This document shows positions 1 through 11,070 of a DNA stretch of 64,000 nt, piece by piece. The notes beneath the pieces were generated by a model. The model saw only the letters and a list, made by a program, of their open reading frames with translations. It made no database searches and was not told the origin of the DNA. Position 1 is the first letter of the stretch. Each line of letters begins with the position of its first letter. Source of the stretch: Octopus sinensis (lineage: Eukaryota). The DNA is taken from NCBI RefSeq assembly GCF_006345805.1, contig NC_043018.1, positions 5,146,001 to 5,210,000 of the forward strand, given 5' to 3'. The translations under genes and the position numbers were made by a program.

Positions 1-125
1 AGAATAATCAGGAAAGTATTGCATAGCTGGTATTGATAGCATGGTACCGTGGGCTGCAGACAGCAAGCCCACTATGTATGCAAGACTCCAGCAGTTCCAA
101 CAAAACCTGTGAAAATAATAATAAT
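1..125 (+). mobile_element. 3' end of an R4/Dong-like (RLE) LINE
   Basis: Frame 1 reads RIIRKVLHSWY*, like the C-terminal (GTA)RIxRKVL motif of R4/Dong/NeSL-type ORFs; followed by a short UTR and an (AAT)n tail. Confidence 0.4.
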
Positions 126-167
126 TGATATTAAATTTTCGCCCCAGATAATATTTTATACTCTCTC

Positions 168-381
168 TTTTACCCTTTTACTTGTTTCAGTCGTTTGACT
201 GCGGCCATGCTGGAGCACCGCCTTTAATCGAGCAACTCGGCCCCGGGACTTATTCTTTTGTAAGCCCAGTACTTATTCTATCGGTCTATTTTGCCGAACC
301 GCTAAGTGACGGGGACATAAACACACCAGCATCGGTTGTCAAGCAATGCTAGGGGGACAAACAGACACACAAACACACACA

Positions 382-412
<31 letters not shown>

Positions 413-586
413 CTATATACATATATACGACGGGCTTCTTTCAGTCTCCGTCCACCTAATCCACTGACAAGGATTTGGTCGGCCCGAGGCTACAGCAGAA
501 AACACTTGCTTAAGGTGCCACGCAGTGGGACTGAACCCAGAACCATGTGGTTGGCAAGCAAGCCACTTACCACACAACCACTCCTG
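168..586 (-). mobile_element. SINE family A (tRNA-derived head, internal (CA)/(TA) tract, CR1-like tail), near full length
   Basis: Matches the copies at 32495-32865 and 53745-54135 over its length; tail acttgtttcagtc...gactgcggccatgctggagcacc, head ...gggactgaacccagaaccatgtggttgg. Confidence 0.9.
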
Positions 587-759
587 TAACTAATAACTTC
601 TGTCACTAACACCTTGACGACTAACATCCACATTGTCAAGACGTCGACGTCAACAGCGCCCTCTCTTGGTCCATGAGGGTCTTTCCGAGCAGGGAAGAAT
701 TAAGGGCTTATGCTATATCAACGTCAACGTCACCGTCGTCCTCCTGCTCCACCTCCTCT

Positions 760-1720
760 CCCTCCCTCGCTCCCTTCCTCCTCCTCCTCCTCCTTCTTCT
801 ACTCCTCCTCCTTCTTCTCCTCCTCCTCTTCCTCCTCTTCCTCCTCTTCCTCCTTCTCCTCCTTCTCCTCTTCCTCCTCTTCCTCCTCTTCCTCCTTCTC
901 CTCCTTCTCCTCCTTCTCCTCCTTCTCCTCTTCCTCCTTCTCCTCCTCCTTCTCCTCCTCCTTCTCCTCCTTCTCCTCCTTCTCCTCTTCCTCCTTCTCC
1001 TCCTCCTTCTTCTCCTCCTGTTCCTTCACCTGTTTCTTCTCCTCCTCCTCCTCCTCCCCCATCCTCTTCGTTCACCCCTCCTCTTCCCCTCCTCCTCATT
1101 TTCCTCCTCCTCCTTCTTCTTCTTCTTCTTCTTCTTCTTCTCTTCTTCCTTCTCCTCCTCTTCTTTTTCTCCTCCTTCTCCTCTTCCTCCACTTCCTCCT
1201 CCTCCTCCTCTTGCTGCTGTTCCTCTTTTTGCTCCTCCTCTTCCTTCTCCTTCTTCTCTTCCTTCTCCTCCTCTTCTTGCTGCTGTTCCTCTTTTTGCTC
1301 CTCCTCTTCCTTCTCCTTCTTCTCTTCCTTCTCCTCCTCTTCTTGCTGCTGTTCCTCTTTTTGCTCCTCCTCTTCCTTCTCCTTCTTCTCTTCCTTCTCC
1401 TCCGCTTCTTGCTGCTGTTCCTCTTTTTGCTCCTCCTCTTCCTTCTCCTTCCCCTCTTGCTGCTGTTCCTCTTCCTTCTCCTCCTCCTCCTCCTCTTCCT
1501 TCTCCTCCTCTTCCTTCTCCTCCTCCTCTTCCTTCTCCTCCCCTTCTTGCTCTTCCTCCTCTACTCCTCCCCTTCTTGATCCTCCTCCTCCACTCCTCCT
1601 GCTCCTCCTCTCCTCCTGCTCCTCTCCTCTTCCTGCTTCTCCCCTCCTTCTGCTCTTCCCTCTTCCTGATAGTCCCCTCCTCCCTCTCCTCCTCCTCCTC
1701 CTCCTCGTCGTCTTCGTAGT
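760..1720. repeat. (CCT/CTT)n low-complexity tract containing a 66-bp minisatellite
   Basis: Unit ttgctgctgttcctctttttgctcctcc... starts at 1211, 1277, 1343 and 1409 (period 66), with a partial copy at 1457. Confidence 0.95.
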
Positions 1721-1799
1721 CATCGTTATCGTTGTTGCCCTTCTTTACCATCGTTGTAATCTTTCTCGTTGTCATCGTCGTCCTTCTCCTCAACCTCAA

Positions 1800-1847
1800 C
1801 CAGCACCAGTACCAGCACAACCACCACCGCCACTGCTGCTGCTGCTG

Positions 1848-1905
<58 letters not shown>

Positions 1906-1910
1906 AACCC
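1800..1910. repeat. (CAC)/(CTG)n/(CTA)n trinucleotide microsatellites
   Basis: Direct reading of the sequence. Confidence 0.95.
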
Positions 1911-2042
1911 TCAACACACTACCGCGAATACTACTTCCACAAACCGCAGCACTACATGCCAGTGAGGGTGTTCCTAAGCCTGGTCGGTGTCAGCTAGAAA
2001 TAACAGCCAGATCTTCAAATCACGCCTTATGATATGAGACAT

Positions 2043-2285
2043 GTAGGCGCAGGGAGGGCTTTGTGATTAAGAATTTCGCCTCGAAATCACGTGGTTTCAG
2101 ATTCGGTCCCACTGCGCAGCCCCTTGAGCAAGTGCTGACGAAAACTGTGTGGAAGCCCGTCGTTTTGACTCTGTGTGTGTGTGTGTATTTTTACTGCACC
2201 TTGACAATCGGTGCTAGTTTGTTTACGTAACTTTAACTTAGCGGTTCGGTAAAACAAACCGATAGAATAATTACCAGACTTCTCA
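2043..2285 (+). mobile_element. Degenerate SINE family A
   Basis: Diverged head (gtggtttcagattcggtcccactgcg...ccttgagcaagtg) and body (acttagcggttcggtaaaacaaaccgatagaata). Confidence 0.7.
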
Positions 2286-2289
2286 AGAT

Positions 2290-2460
2290 ATATTCTGACA
2301 TCGATTTATTTGATTAAACCATTTTTTTCTCAAGACAATGCTCCAGCATGGCCGTATTCCAATGACTAAAACATGTAAACCTTTGTAATAAAATGGAACG
2401 GTCGCGATTGGAATGTTTTCATCATAGGTCTGCTCGGAATATTGTTTACTCGGGGCTAAA
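2290..2460 (+). repeat. Dispersed repeat family E fragment (ataggtctgctc...ggggctaaa)
   Basis: Similar motifs at about 33560-33830, 45470-45600, 49845-49900 (reverse) and 57655-57720; probably a degenerate retroelement tail. Confidence 0.45.
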
Positions 2461-2489
2461 ATCCACCTCCCCCTCCTGCTCCTCCTCGT

Positions 2490-2905
2490 CCTGCTCCTCC
2501 ACCTCATCATCATTGTCGTCGTCGTCGTCATCGTCATCATCATCATCATCGTCATCACCATCGTCATCATCATCACCATCGTCATCATTATCATCATCAT
2601 CATCATCATCATCGTCATCACCATCGTTGTCGTCATCATCATCGTCATCATCGTCGTCGTCGCCATCATCGTCATCGTCATCGCCATCATCGTCATCGTC
2701 ATCATCATCATCGACATCGTCATCGTCTTCATCATCATCGTCGTCATCATCATCATCATCATCATCATCATCGTCATCATCATCGTCATCATCATTGTCG
2801 TCGCCATCATCGTCATCATCATCGTCGTCGTCATCACCATCATCATCGCCATCATCATCGTCGTCATCATCATCGTCATCATCATCGTCATCATCATCAT
2901 CGTCG

Positions 2906-2946
<41 letters not shown>

Positions 2947-2990
2947 GTCGTCGTCGCCATCATCGTCATCGCCATCATCATCATCGTTAA
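2490..2990. repeat. (TCA/TCG)n tract
   Basis: About 500 bp of tca/tcg triplets; source of the poly-D, poly-S and poly-M ORFs. Confidence 0.95.
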
Positions 2991-3360
2991 GCACATGACG
3001 AGCATCGGCGATCCATAATGAAGCCCCGGAAGTGTTTAATAAAGAATTGTACGCCATGATGAATAAAATAAAGAAAGAAACGAATAAGTAAATAAATAAA
3101 TAATTGAATAAATCTTCGTGGTTGGCCATTTTGTGTCCAGTCCAATGAAAGTAGGAAGATGACATGTGAACGCTGTAAAGGGCCGTACTCTGGGTTTCGT
3201 CACGCTTAAGGATCCGCCGTCAACGAGTCAGCTGTAATTTGCTTTCAAAACTCCCAGATTGCCAAATGTGGTTTTCCTTTTGCTTTGGCGAAAATGGCAT
3301 GGCGGAAAGAAACAACAACAACAGCAACGGTGGTAGTAATAGTAATGATGAGGATGGTAA

Positions 3361-3414
<54 letters not shown>

Positions 3415-3769
3415 GATAATCATAAAATGGCGGCGTCGGCGATTTCTACGCCTTCGCTTTCGATTTCGTTTCCGCTTTCGAAATTACCACGAAACGCCAG
3501 TGGAGTCAGGTGATATTTGAACTGGTCTGATCGACTGCGGATGTCCAGTGTCACGGTCACGCATTGTCTAATAATTTTCATGAATTAGTTGTATTATTGC
3601 CGCCCTGGTTGTTGTTGTTGTTGTTGTTGTTACTGTTGTTGTTTATATTGTTGTTGTTGTGGTTTCGGTTTTTAAAGGATTAAAACGGAAGAATTGCTCT
3701 TATGTCTAACAGCATTTTATTTGACAGACCGCAGTGCCAGTTTTGAGTAAGAATTGCCATGTGCATGCA

Positions 3770-4106
3770 TGCATGTGTGTGCATATACGTGTGCATGCAT
3801 GAATGTGTGTATGCGTGTATGTATTGAAGTATGTATGCATTCATGTATCTAAATATGTACGTATGTGTGTATCTATTTTAGTATGTATTCGTGCATCCAT
3901 GTTGTATGCACGTATACTTTGCATGTGTATGCATGACTATAGTTATATATATGCATGTGGTTATATATTTACACATGTAAGCGGACATGCAAGCATACAT
4001 GTGTCTGTGTATGTGCGTGTGTATGCAAATATATATATTATATATATATATATATATATACATACACAATATATATAATATATATATATACATACACAAT
4101 ATATAG

Positions 4107-4137
<31 letters not shown>

Positions 4138-4258
4138 ATATATATATACATACACAATATATATATATATATATATACATCACAATATATATATATATAT
4201 ATATACATACACAATATATATATATATATATATACATACACAATATATATATATATAT
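3770..4258. repeat. (TG)/(TA)n compound microsatellite with recurring (TA)n-catacacaa units
   Basis: Direct reading of the sequence. Confidence 0.9.
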
Positions 4259-4261
4259 TCT

Positions 4262-4570
4262 TTTCTTTTTTATTATTTTATTCTTTTACTTGTTTCAGTC
4301 ATTTGACTGCGGCCATGCTGGAGCACCACCTTTAGTCGAACAAATTGGCCCCAAGACTTATTCTTTGTAAGCCTAGTATTTATTCTAGCGGGTTCTTTTG
4401 CCGAACCGCTAAGTTACTGGGACGTGAACACACCAACCTCGGTTGTCAAACGATGATGGGGGTGACAAACACAGACACACAAATACATACATATATACGA
4501 CGGGCTTCTTTCAGTTTCCGTCTTCCAAATCTACTCACAAGGCTTTGGTCGGCTCGAGGATATAGTAGTA
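4262..4570 (-). mobile_element. SINE family A, head-truncated
   Basis: Tail and body match 168-586. Confidence 0.85.
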
Positions 4571-4818
4571 GAACCCGTGTGCGTATTATCTATATATTAC
4601 ATAGATCTATTTAATTATTAAAGCTGCAAAAACATCACGAAAATCTGTTACTCAGAGTTTTACGTTTCCAGATCTTTTTGCAGCTATATTAATAAAGCAT
4701 ATTACTCACTACCTCAGGTATTCGAGTACTATTTTTTCCCACCTTGTTACACATTTATGTGCTTACCCTGGTATTACGTACATACATACATACAATTATA
4801 TATATACATATATATTAT

Positions 4819-4889
<71 letters not shown>

Positions 4890-5019
4890 TTATATATATA
4901 CGCATGTGTGTGTGAGAGTGTATATATTATAATATGGAAATATTCTCTTTTACTTCTATCCGACATTGAGCGATGCGGGAGGGGCCGAAGGGTCTCATCC
5001 AACCTCAGTAATTCATCTC

Positions 5020-5120
5020 AGAGCCTGGTACTTATTCTATAGGTATCTTTTATGCTGCCCCTAAGTTACGGGAACGTGAACAAACGGACACCGTTGGAGA
5101 AGCGGTAATTGCAGAGAAAC

Positions 5121-5159
<39 letters not shown>

Positions 5160-6140
5160 TATTAACATATTGCATATGAGACGGTTTCCTTTCAGTTTCC
5201 CTCTACCATATCCACTCGCAACGGTTGCTTTATGGGTCATGGTAGAAAGCACCTGACCAAGGTGCCACACAGATGGTCAAACGAATGGGACGTGTGTCTG
5301 AACGTGTCAAAGTGCTGTCATCTGCCTGTTGGCTCTCCTCCTGCAACTTAACTTGATTTCGAGCCGGGTCGTCTGCTGCTGGAGAGGACCGACCAGGTAA
5401 AGGACCTGGGTATCTTGGTGGATTCTTCCTTTTCGCCTTCAGCCAAATGCGTCCATGCTGCCAATAAAGCACGCGGAGTTCTGTTTTTGATTCGACGGTC
5501 ATTCGGAATGCTCACAGCAGCCATATTCCTACCGCTCTATGTCATGCTAGTGAGACCCATATTGGAGTACGGGATTCAAGCCTCTTCTTCTTATCTCCTC
5601 AAAGACATACAGCATCTCGAAAGAGTCCAGAAGCTGGCTACCCGCATGGTTCTTGGTCTCAAGCATTTGTCTTATGAAGAAAGGCTGAAGACGCTCGACC
5701 TTTATTCTCTAGAAAAACGACGACGCCGTGGTGATCTCATTCTCGATCACAACATCATAAGCGGAAAGTGTAACCTCTCGAAAGAGCTGTTCTTCACTCC
5801 TGCTCCAGAGCGTCGGCTGCGGGGTCACTCCGAAAAGCTCTATCTGCGACGATTTCATCTCAATCGGAGAGGGACTTTCTCCGTCCGGGTTGCGGATCCG
5901 TGGAATAAGCTGGCGGACGAGATAGTGAAGATGCCGACGACCGCTCGGTTCAAAGTCTCCCTTGACCACAAATGGCCTGAACTCTTTACATGAACACCCT
6001 CCCTGTACATAACTCCAATTCCCCCCTACATGGCCTTGCTTTTTGCTTTTTGAGCCAAAAAATTAACTAACTAACAGTGGGACTGAACCAAAAACCGTGA
6101 AGCTGGGAAGCAGACTTCATACCACACAGCCACTCCCACG
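5020..6140 (-). mobile_element. SINE family A split by a LINE insertion (pieces 5020-5272 and 6074-6140)
   Basis: ...caaggtgccacacag (5272) continues as acagtgggactgaacc (6074), restoring the SINE head sequence ccaaggtgccacgcagtgggactgaacc. Confidence 0.8.
5273..6073 (+). mobile_element. 5'-truncated CR1-group LINE (RT C-terminus + 3' UTR)
   Basis: WSNEWDVCLNVSKC, then ORF 5415-5993 with LVRPILEYG, LERVQKLATRMV, SYEERLKTLDLYSLEKRRRRGDLI, RVADPWNKL; (TAAC)n tail; ACAG duplication at 5269-5272 and 6074-6077. Confidence 0.92.
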
Positions 6141-6279
6141 CACATACCTACGTAATACATACATACACACACACACATGCACACGCGTACACACACATGC
6201 ACACGCGCACACATATAGATATCTATGCATTTATATATATATGTTTGTAAACTTGCATATTTCTGTGTATTAAAAAAAT

Positions 6280-6590
6280 GCACTGTGGCCATGCTGGAGC
6301 ACCACTCTGAAGAATGCCTAATCCAACGAATCAATACCAGGAATTGTTTTCTTTTTTATGCCTGGTACTTAATCTGCTGATCTCTTTTGCTTACGTTACA
6401 AAGACGTAAGCACACAAACACCGGTTACCAAGCAGTGGTGCTAGGCAAACGCACGCACACACAAACACACATGATAGGCTTCTTTTAGTTTCCGTCTACC
6501 AAATTCACTCACAAGGCGACATAGTGGGACCGAACCTGGAACAATGTGGTTGGGGAGCAAACTTCTTACCACAAATCCACGCCTGAGCCT
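6280..6590 (-). mobile_element. Degenerate SINE family A
   Basis: ctgtggccatgctggagcacc tail through the gggaccgaacctggaacaatgtggttggg head. Confidence 0.75.
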
Positions 6591-6726
6591 TCCTTTTATT
6601 TTAAACACTATACGGCCATTAGCGATGTTATCTCATGCCAAATAGCGCAGTAAATTGCCTACCGACTTTTTCTATATATTGGGTATGGTGCATGGATGGC
6701 CGCGACATAGGTGCAACCATGCCATA

Positions 6727-6900
6727 GGCACCGGCGTGGCTGTGTGGCAGGAAGTTTGCTTCCCAACCACATGGTTTCAGTTTCAGTCCCACAGCATGGC
6801 ACCTTGGGTAAGTGTCTTCTTCTATAGCCTCGGGTCGACCAATGCCTTGTGAGTGGATTTAGTAGACGGAAACTGAAAGAAGCCTGTCGTATATGTATAT

Positions 6901-6931
<31 letters not shown>

Positions 6932-7215
6932 TTATATATATGTGTGTGTGTTGTGTGTGAGTATGTAAGTATGAGTATGCGTGTCTGTGTGTGTATGTGT
7001 ATGTATGTGTGCATGTGTCTGTTTGTTCCCCAGCACCACATGTCAACCGGCGTTGGTGTGTTTATGTTCCCGTGCCTTAGAGACCGATAAAGTAAGTAAC
7101 AGACTTAACAAAAATAATGAAATAAAGAAATCAGTACTGGGATCGATTTATTCGACTAGAATTCCTGCAAGGCAGTGCCCCAGCATAGCCGCAGAGATAA
7201 AAGATCAATGAAAAC
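6727..7215 (+). mobile_element. SINE family A
   Basis: Head ggcgtggctgtgtggcaggaagtttgcttcccaaccacatggtttcag; tail gcagtgccccagcatagccgcag. Confidence 0.85.
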
Positions 7216-7711
7216 AAGAAAAATGGTTATTTTTCTATTCCTTTCTAGGAGGATTTTTGCAGACATTCAGGAATCTTTCATTGTGATCCAGATATGTTGA
7301 AAGCAGAAAAACTATGGATAAAAATGAATGAGCGAAGAAATATATATAAATAGAAATAAAGAAAAAAAGAAGAAAGCGAGCGAACGAACGTGGCTTGTTA
7401 GGAAGAATTAAGGACCGGAGTGAGTTGAGTTAATTCATAACCACTACAGAAGGAAGGTCTGCGAGGGCAGGTGAGGGGGATGGACGCAGGCAGAGCCTCG
7501 CATAGAGAAGCATCTACAGATAAAATGGTGCATTGACTCTCGGCTCTCACGCATTAGCATAGTTACAAATATTCTGGTTAAAAATGCATCGTATATACAT
7601 ACATACATACATATGTGTGTGTGTGTGTGTGTGCGTGTAGTATGTGTATACATATACATATATATGTAGGCGTATATACATATATATGTATATAAACATA
7701 TATATATACGC

Positions 7712-7757
<46 letters not shown>

Positions 7758-7787
7758 ATATGTATGTATACACAAACATATGTCTGT

Positions 7788-7828
<41 letters not shown>

Positions 7829-8181
7829 GAGAGAGAGAGAGAGAGAAAGAAAGACAGACACTCATAGAAATACAGTAAGTAGTGTGAAAAACGGGAGAGA
7901 AAGTCAGAGAGAAAAATGGAGAATAGGAAAGACAGAGTGTGTAGGTAAGAGAACGAATGCGTGAAATTTGTGCTAGCGTACACACACACACACACACACA
8001 CCACACACACACACCACATACAAACACACACAAACACACAAACACACACATCGCATCAATATACGCGTAGATATAGACACACACAAACCACATCCATCCA
8101 CAGTAACAGTTCGAGATAAATGTATGTAGAAAGGCAATTCCAGATTAGCCGTGTGGAGCCTTATGTCCGGATTCCATTATC

Positions 8182-8281
8182 NNNNNNNNNNNNNNNNNNN
8201 NNNNNNNNNNNNNNNNNNNNNNNNNNNNNNNNNNNNNNNNNNNNNNNNNNNNNNNNNNNNNNNNNNNNNNNNNNNNNNNNN
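8182..8281. other. Assembly gap (100 N)
   Basis: Run of exactly 100 N, probably a placeholder of unknown true size. Confidence 1.
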
Positions 8282-8801
8282 CATAGATGTGCCTGTAGCT
8301 GTGGGGGAAAATCGTCGAATCGAATCACCGTCCGTGATTTATCAGAGGATGTGCGGATTAGTTACGGTTCAATTGAGTCCATTAAAACTGAAGATTTGGG
8401 CATGAGACGCGTGTCTGCCAAGTTTGTGCCAAAACTGCTTTCACCTGACCGAAAAAAAAAAAAAAAAACACTCGCGTTTCAGTTGCACAAGATCTCCTTG
8501 ACTGTGTCGAGAACGATGAAAACTTTTAGAAAACTTTGCGTAGACCTCTGAGCAGACATCGTCAGGCTTTTGGCAAAATTTGATGCAGATTCTCTGCTCA
8601 AGTTTCTGTCATGGTCAATACGATGACCACATGCTACACACGTTCCTTCCAAGCACTGCTGTAAACATGGGAAGCGAGCTAAAATGTTAAAACTTAGTGA
8701 ACATGCACAGCAGAGTTCGAGGTCAATCGGTGCAAAGCGGCTTCACTCTTCATGCTTAGCTTCGTTACTATGATAACAATCCGGATACTTATTGATCAGA
8801 C
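8282..8801. mobile_element. Rearranged mariner: internal transposase fragment (+) fused to an inverted 5' end with TIR (-)
   Basis: Plus strand (with frameshifts): RITVRDLSEDVRISYGSIESIKTEDLGMRRVSAKFVPKLL, RVSVAQDLLDCVENDENF. Minus strand 8530-8801: TIR gtctgatcaataagtatccggattg and N-terminus EQRICIKFCQK. Confidence 0.85.
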
Positions 8802-9299
8802 ATGTGTGTATGTGTGTGTATCGTTGTGCAACTTCTTGTTTGATGTCGCGTCGGCGATAGTGATCAATACCGAAGTCAGAAAATCCATATTTCTTGGAAA
8901 GGACGCAACTGTGTTTTCCCCCTGCATCCTCCAGTTGGCTCAGCCTTTCTTCCGCTCTCTCGAACGTACTCAGAGCTTATTCCAACATTGGGCAACCGGC
9001 TGACTGACGAGTCATTGGAATATGATCCCTGAGTGGTATGCTTGTTTGAATTATACCTAGGAGTCGTCAGTCTTGCTCTGAGTCCTCTATGCCTTTGCCA
9101 CGAGACCATCTTCGTACGTCTTAGTCCCGTTCTGTATTCCTTAGCCCCTACCACTATCATCTCCGGTTAGTCTGTTGCTAAGTAAGGAGTAACTCGATAC
9201 TCCCTAATTGTCCTTAAACTCCTGATGTAATTTATTGTTTCTTTTGTTTCACAGATGGATCAAACATAGTTCACTGTGTGTGTGTGTGTGTATGTGTGT

Positions 9300-9371
<72 letters not shown>

Positions 9372-9424
9372 ATGTGGGCTAGAACATTTTCTAATCTTAA
9401 ATTCTGTAATATTGCTTTCAAATT

Positions 9425-9577
9425 TTGGCAGAAGGCTAGCAATTTCCGAGGAAGGGTGTAACCGATTACCTCGGCCCTAATGCTTAACTGGTACTTACTT
9501 TATCGACCCCGAAGTGTTAAAAGGCAAAGTTGACCTCGGCGGTATTTGAACTCAGAACATAAAGACGGACGAAATGT
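9425..9577 (-). mobile_element. SINE family B fragment
   Basis: aggcaaagttgacctcggcggtatttgaactcagaac motif shared with the other family B copies. Confidence 0.8.
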
Positions 9578-9718
9578 TTTGTAACCTTCAATGCTCATAT
9601 CAAAATTCTTTTTTCATTAACGCTGTATTCACATCCCTTTGTTCTGATTCCCATCAACACTCAGATATTATAACTACAGTCTTTATAAACCGAACGAAAC
9701 AAACCCCTTAAAAACAAT

Positions 9719-10064
9719 ACTCGCGTTTCAGTTGCACAAGATCTCCTTGACTGTGTCGAGAACGATGAAAACTTTTAGAAAACTTTGCGTAGACCTCTGA
9801 GCAGACATCGTCAGGCTTTTGGCAAAATTTGATGCAGATTCTCTGCTCAAGTTTCTGTCATGGTCAATACGATGACCACATGCTACACACGTTCCTTCCA
9901 AGCACTGCTGTAAACATGGGAAGCGAGCTAAAATGTTAAAACTTAGTGCACATGCACAGCAGAGTTCGAGGTCAATCGGTGCAAAGCGGCTTCACTCTTC
10001 ATGCTTAGCTTCGTTACTATGATAACAATCCGGATACTTATTGATCAGACATGTGTGTATGTGT
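9719..10064. repeat. Near-identical second copy of 8470-8815 (mariner fragment plus flank)
   Basis: 346 bp aligned by eye, offset 1249; only one substitution noticed (gtgaacatg versus gtgcacatg). Confidence 0.9.
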
Positions 10065-10554
10065 ATTTTTTTTTTTTTTTGTCAGGTGAAAGCAGTTTTG
10101 TTTCAAATCTAAAACAAACCCCTTGATCCACTTATTTCTTGACCGTGAAATGCTGTTAAAGCGTGAAAGCTCAAACCTGAATCGCGCTATTCTGTCCGTA
10201 TTACAATTAATAAAATATGTCTGGATTGGTTTTTCCTTCATTCTCGATTTACTTTCATTAAGAAACTATTTGATTTCTATGAAAATTTATAAAGTCGCGA
10301 AAATTGTGTGATGCGTGTCAGTATGCGCAGGTGTGTGTGCGCGTGTGTATGTCATACGATGAATTAATTAGAGTAACTGTCAAAGTTTGGTTTCAATAAC
10401 TGGAAACGGTGCTCATCGCATGAAAACAAATCGGAATGAACGTATGTACATATACATATGTATATGTTTATACATATATACGCACACACAAATCATATAT
10501 AAGTATAGAAGTATGCGTGTGAATATATTTGTTTGTGTTGTGTATCCGTAGATA

Positions 10555-11070
10555 TTATATATATATATATATATAATATATATAATATATATATATATTA
10601 TTATACACATAAATGTACACGTATATATACATACATACATCATACATACATACATATATGCAATACATACATACATACATACATACATACATACATACAT
10701 ACATACATACATACATGCCCACATACATCATACATACATACATAGATACATGCATACAATACATCATACATACATACATACATACATGCCCACATACGAC
10801 ACATGCATACATACATACATGCATACATACATACATACATCATATACACCCATACATACATACATACATACATACATACATACATACATACATACACACA
10901 TACATACATACATACATACATGCACACATACATACATACATACATACATACATCAACATACATACACACACAAAATACATACATACATACATACATACAT
11001 GCAACACATACATACATACATACATACATACATACATACATACATACATACATACATACATACATACGTA
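10555..11070. repeat. (TA)n and long (TACA)n microsatellite
   Basis: Direct reading of the sequence. Confidence 0.95.

Noticed and set aside
633-3165. Long ORFs (454, 348, 336, 240 and 239 aa) rich in P, L, E, S, D or M
   Set aside because: They are translations of triplet microsatellites that are open in several frames on both strands; no domain or splice support.
8386-8418. CUGAAGA...GAGACGCGUGUC hammerhead look-alike
   Set aside because: It lies inside mariner transposase coding sequence (TEDLGMRRVS), and the GAAA motif is missing.
8120-8551. ORFs spanning the N gaps (also 43449-43887)
   Set aside because: Continuity across placeholder Ns is artificial.
9225-9275. Strong splice acceptor tttcttttgtttcacAG followed by ATGGATCAAACATAG
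   Set aside because: It runs immediately into a stop or a (TG)n tract, with no convincing donor.
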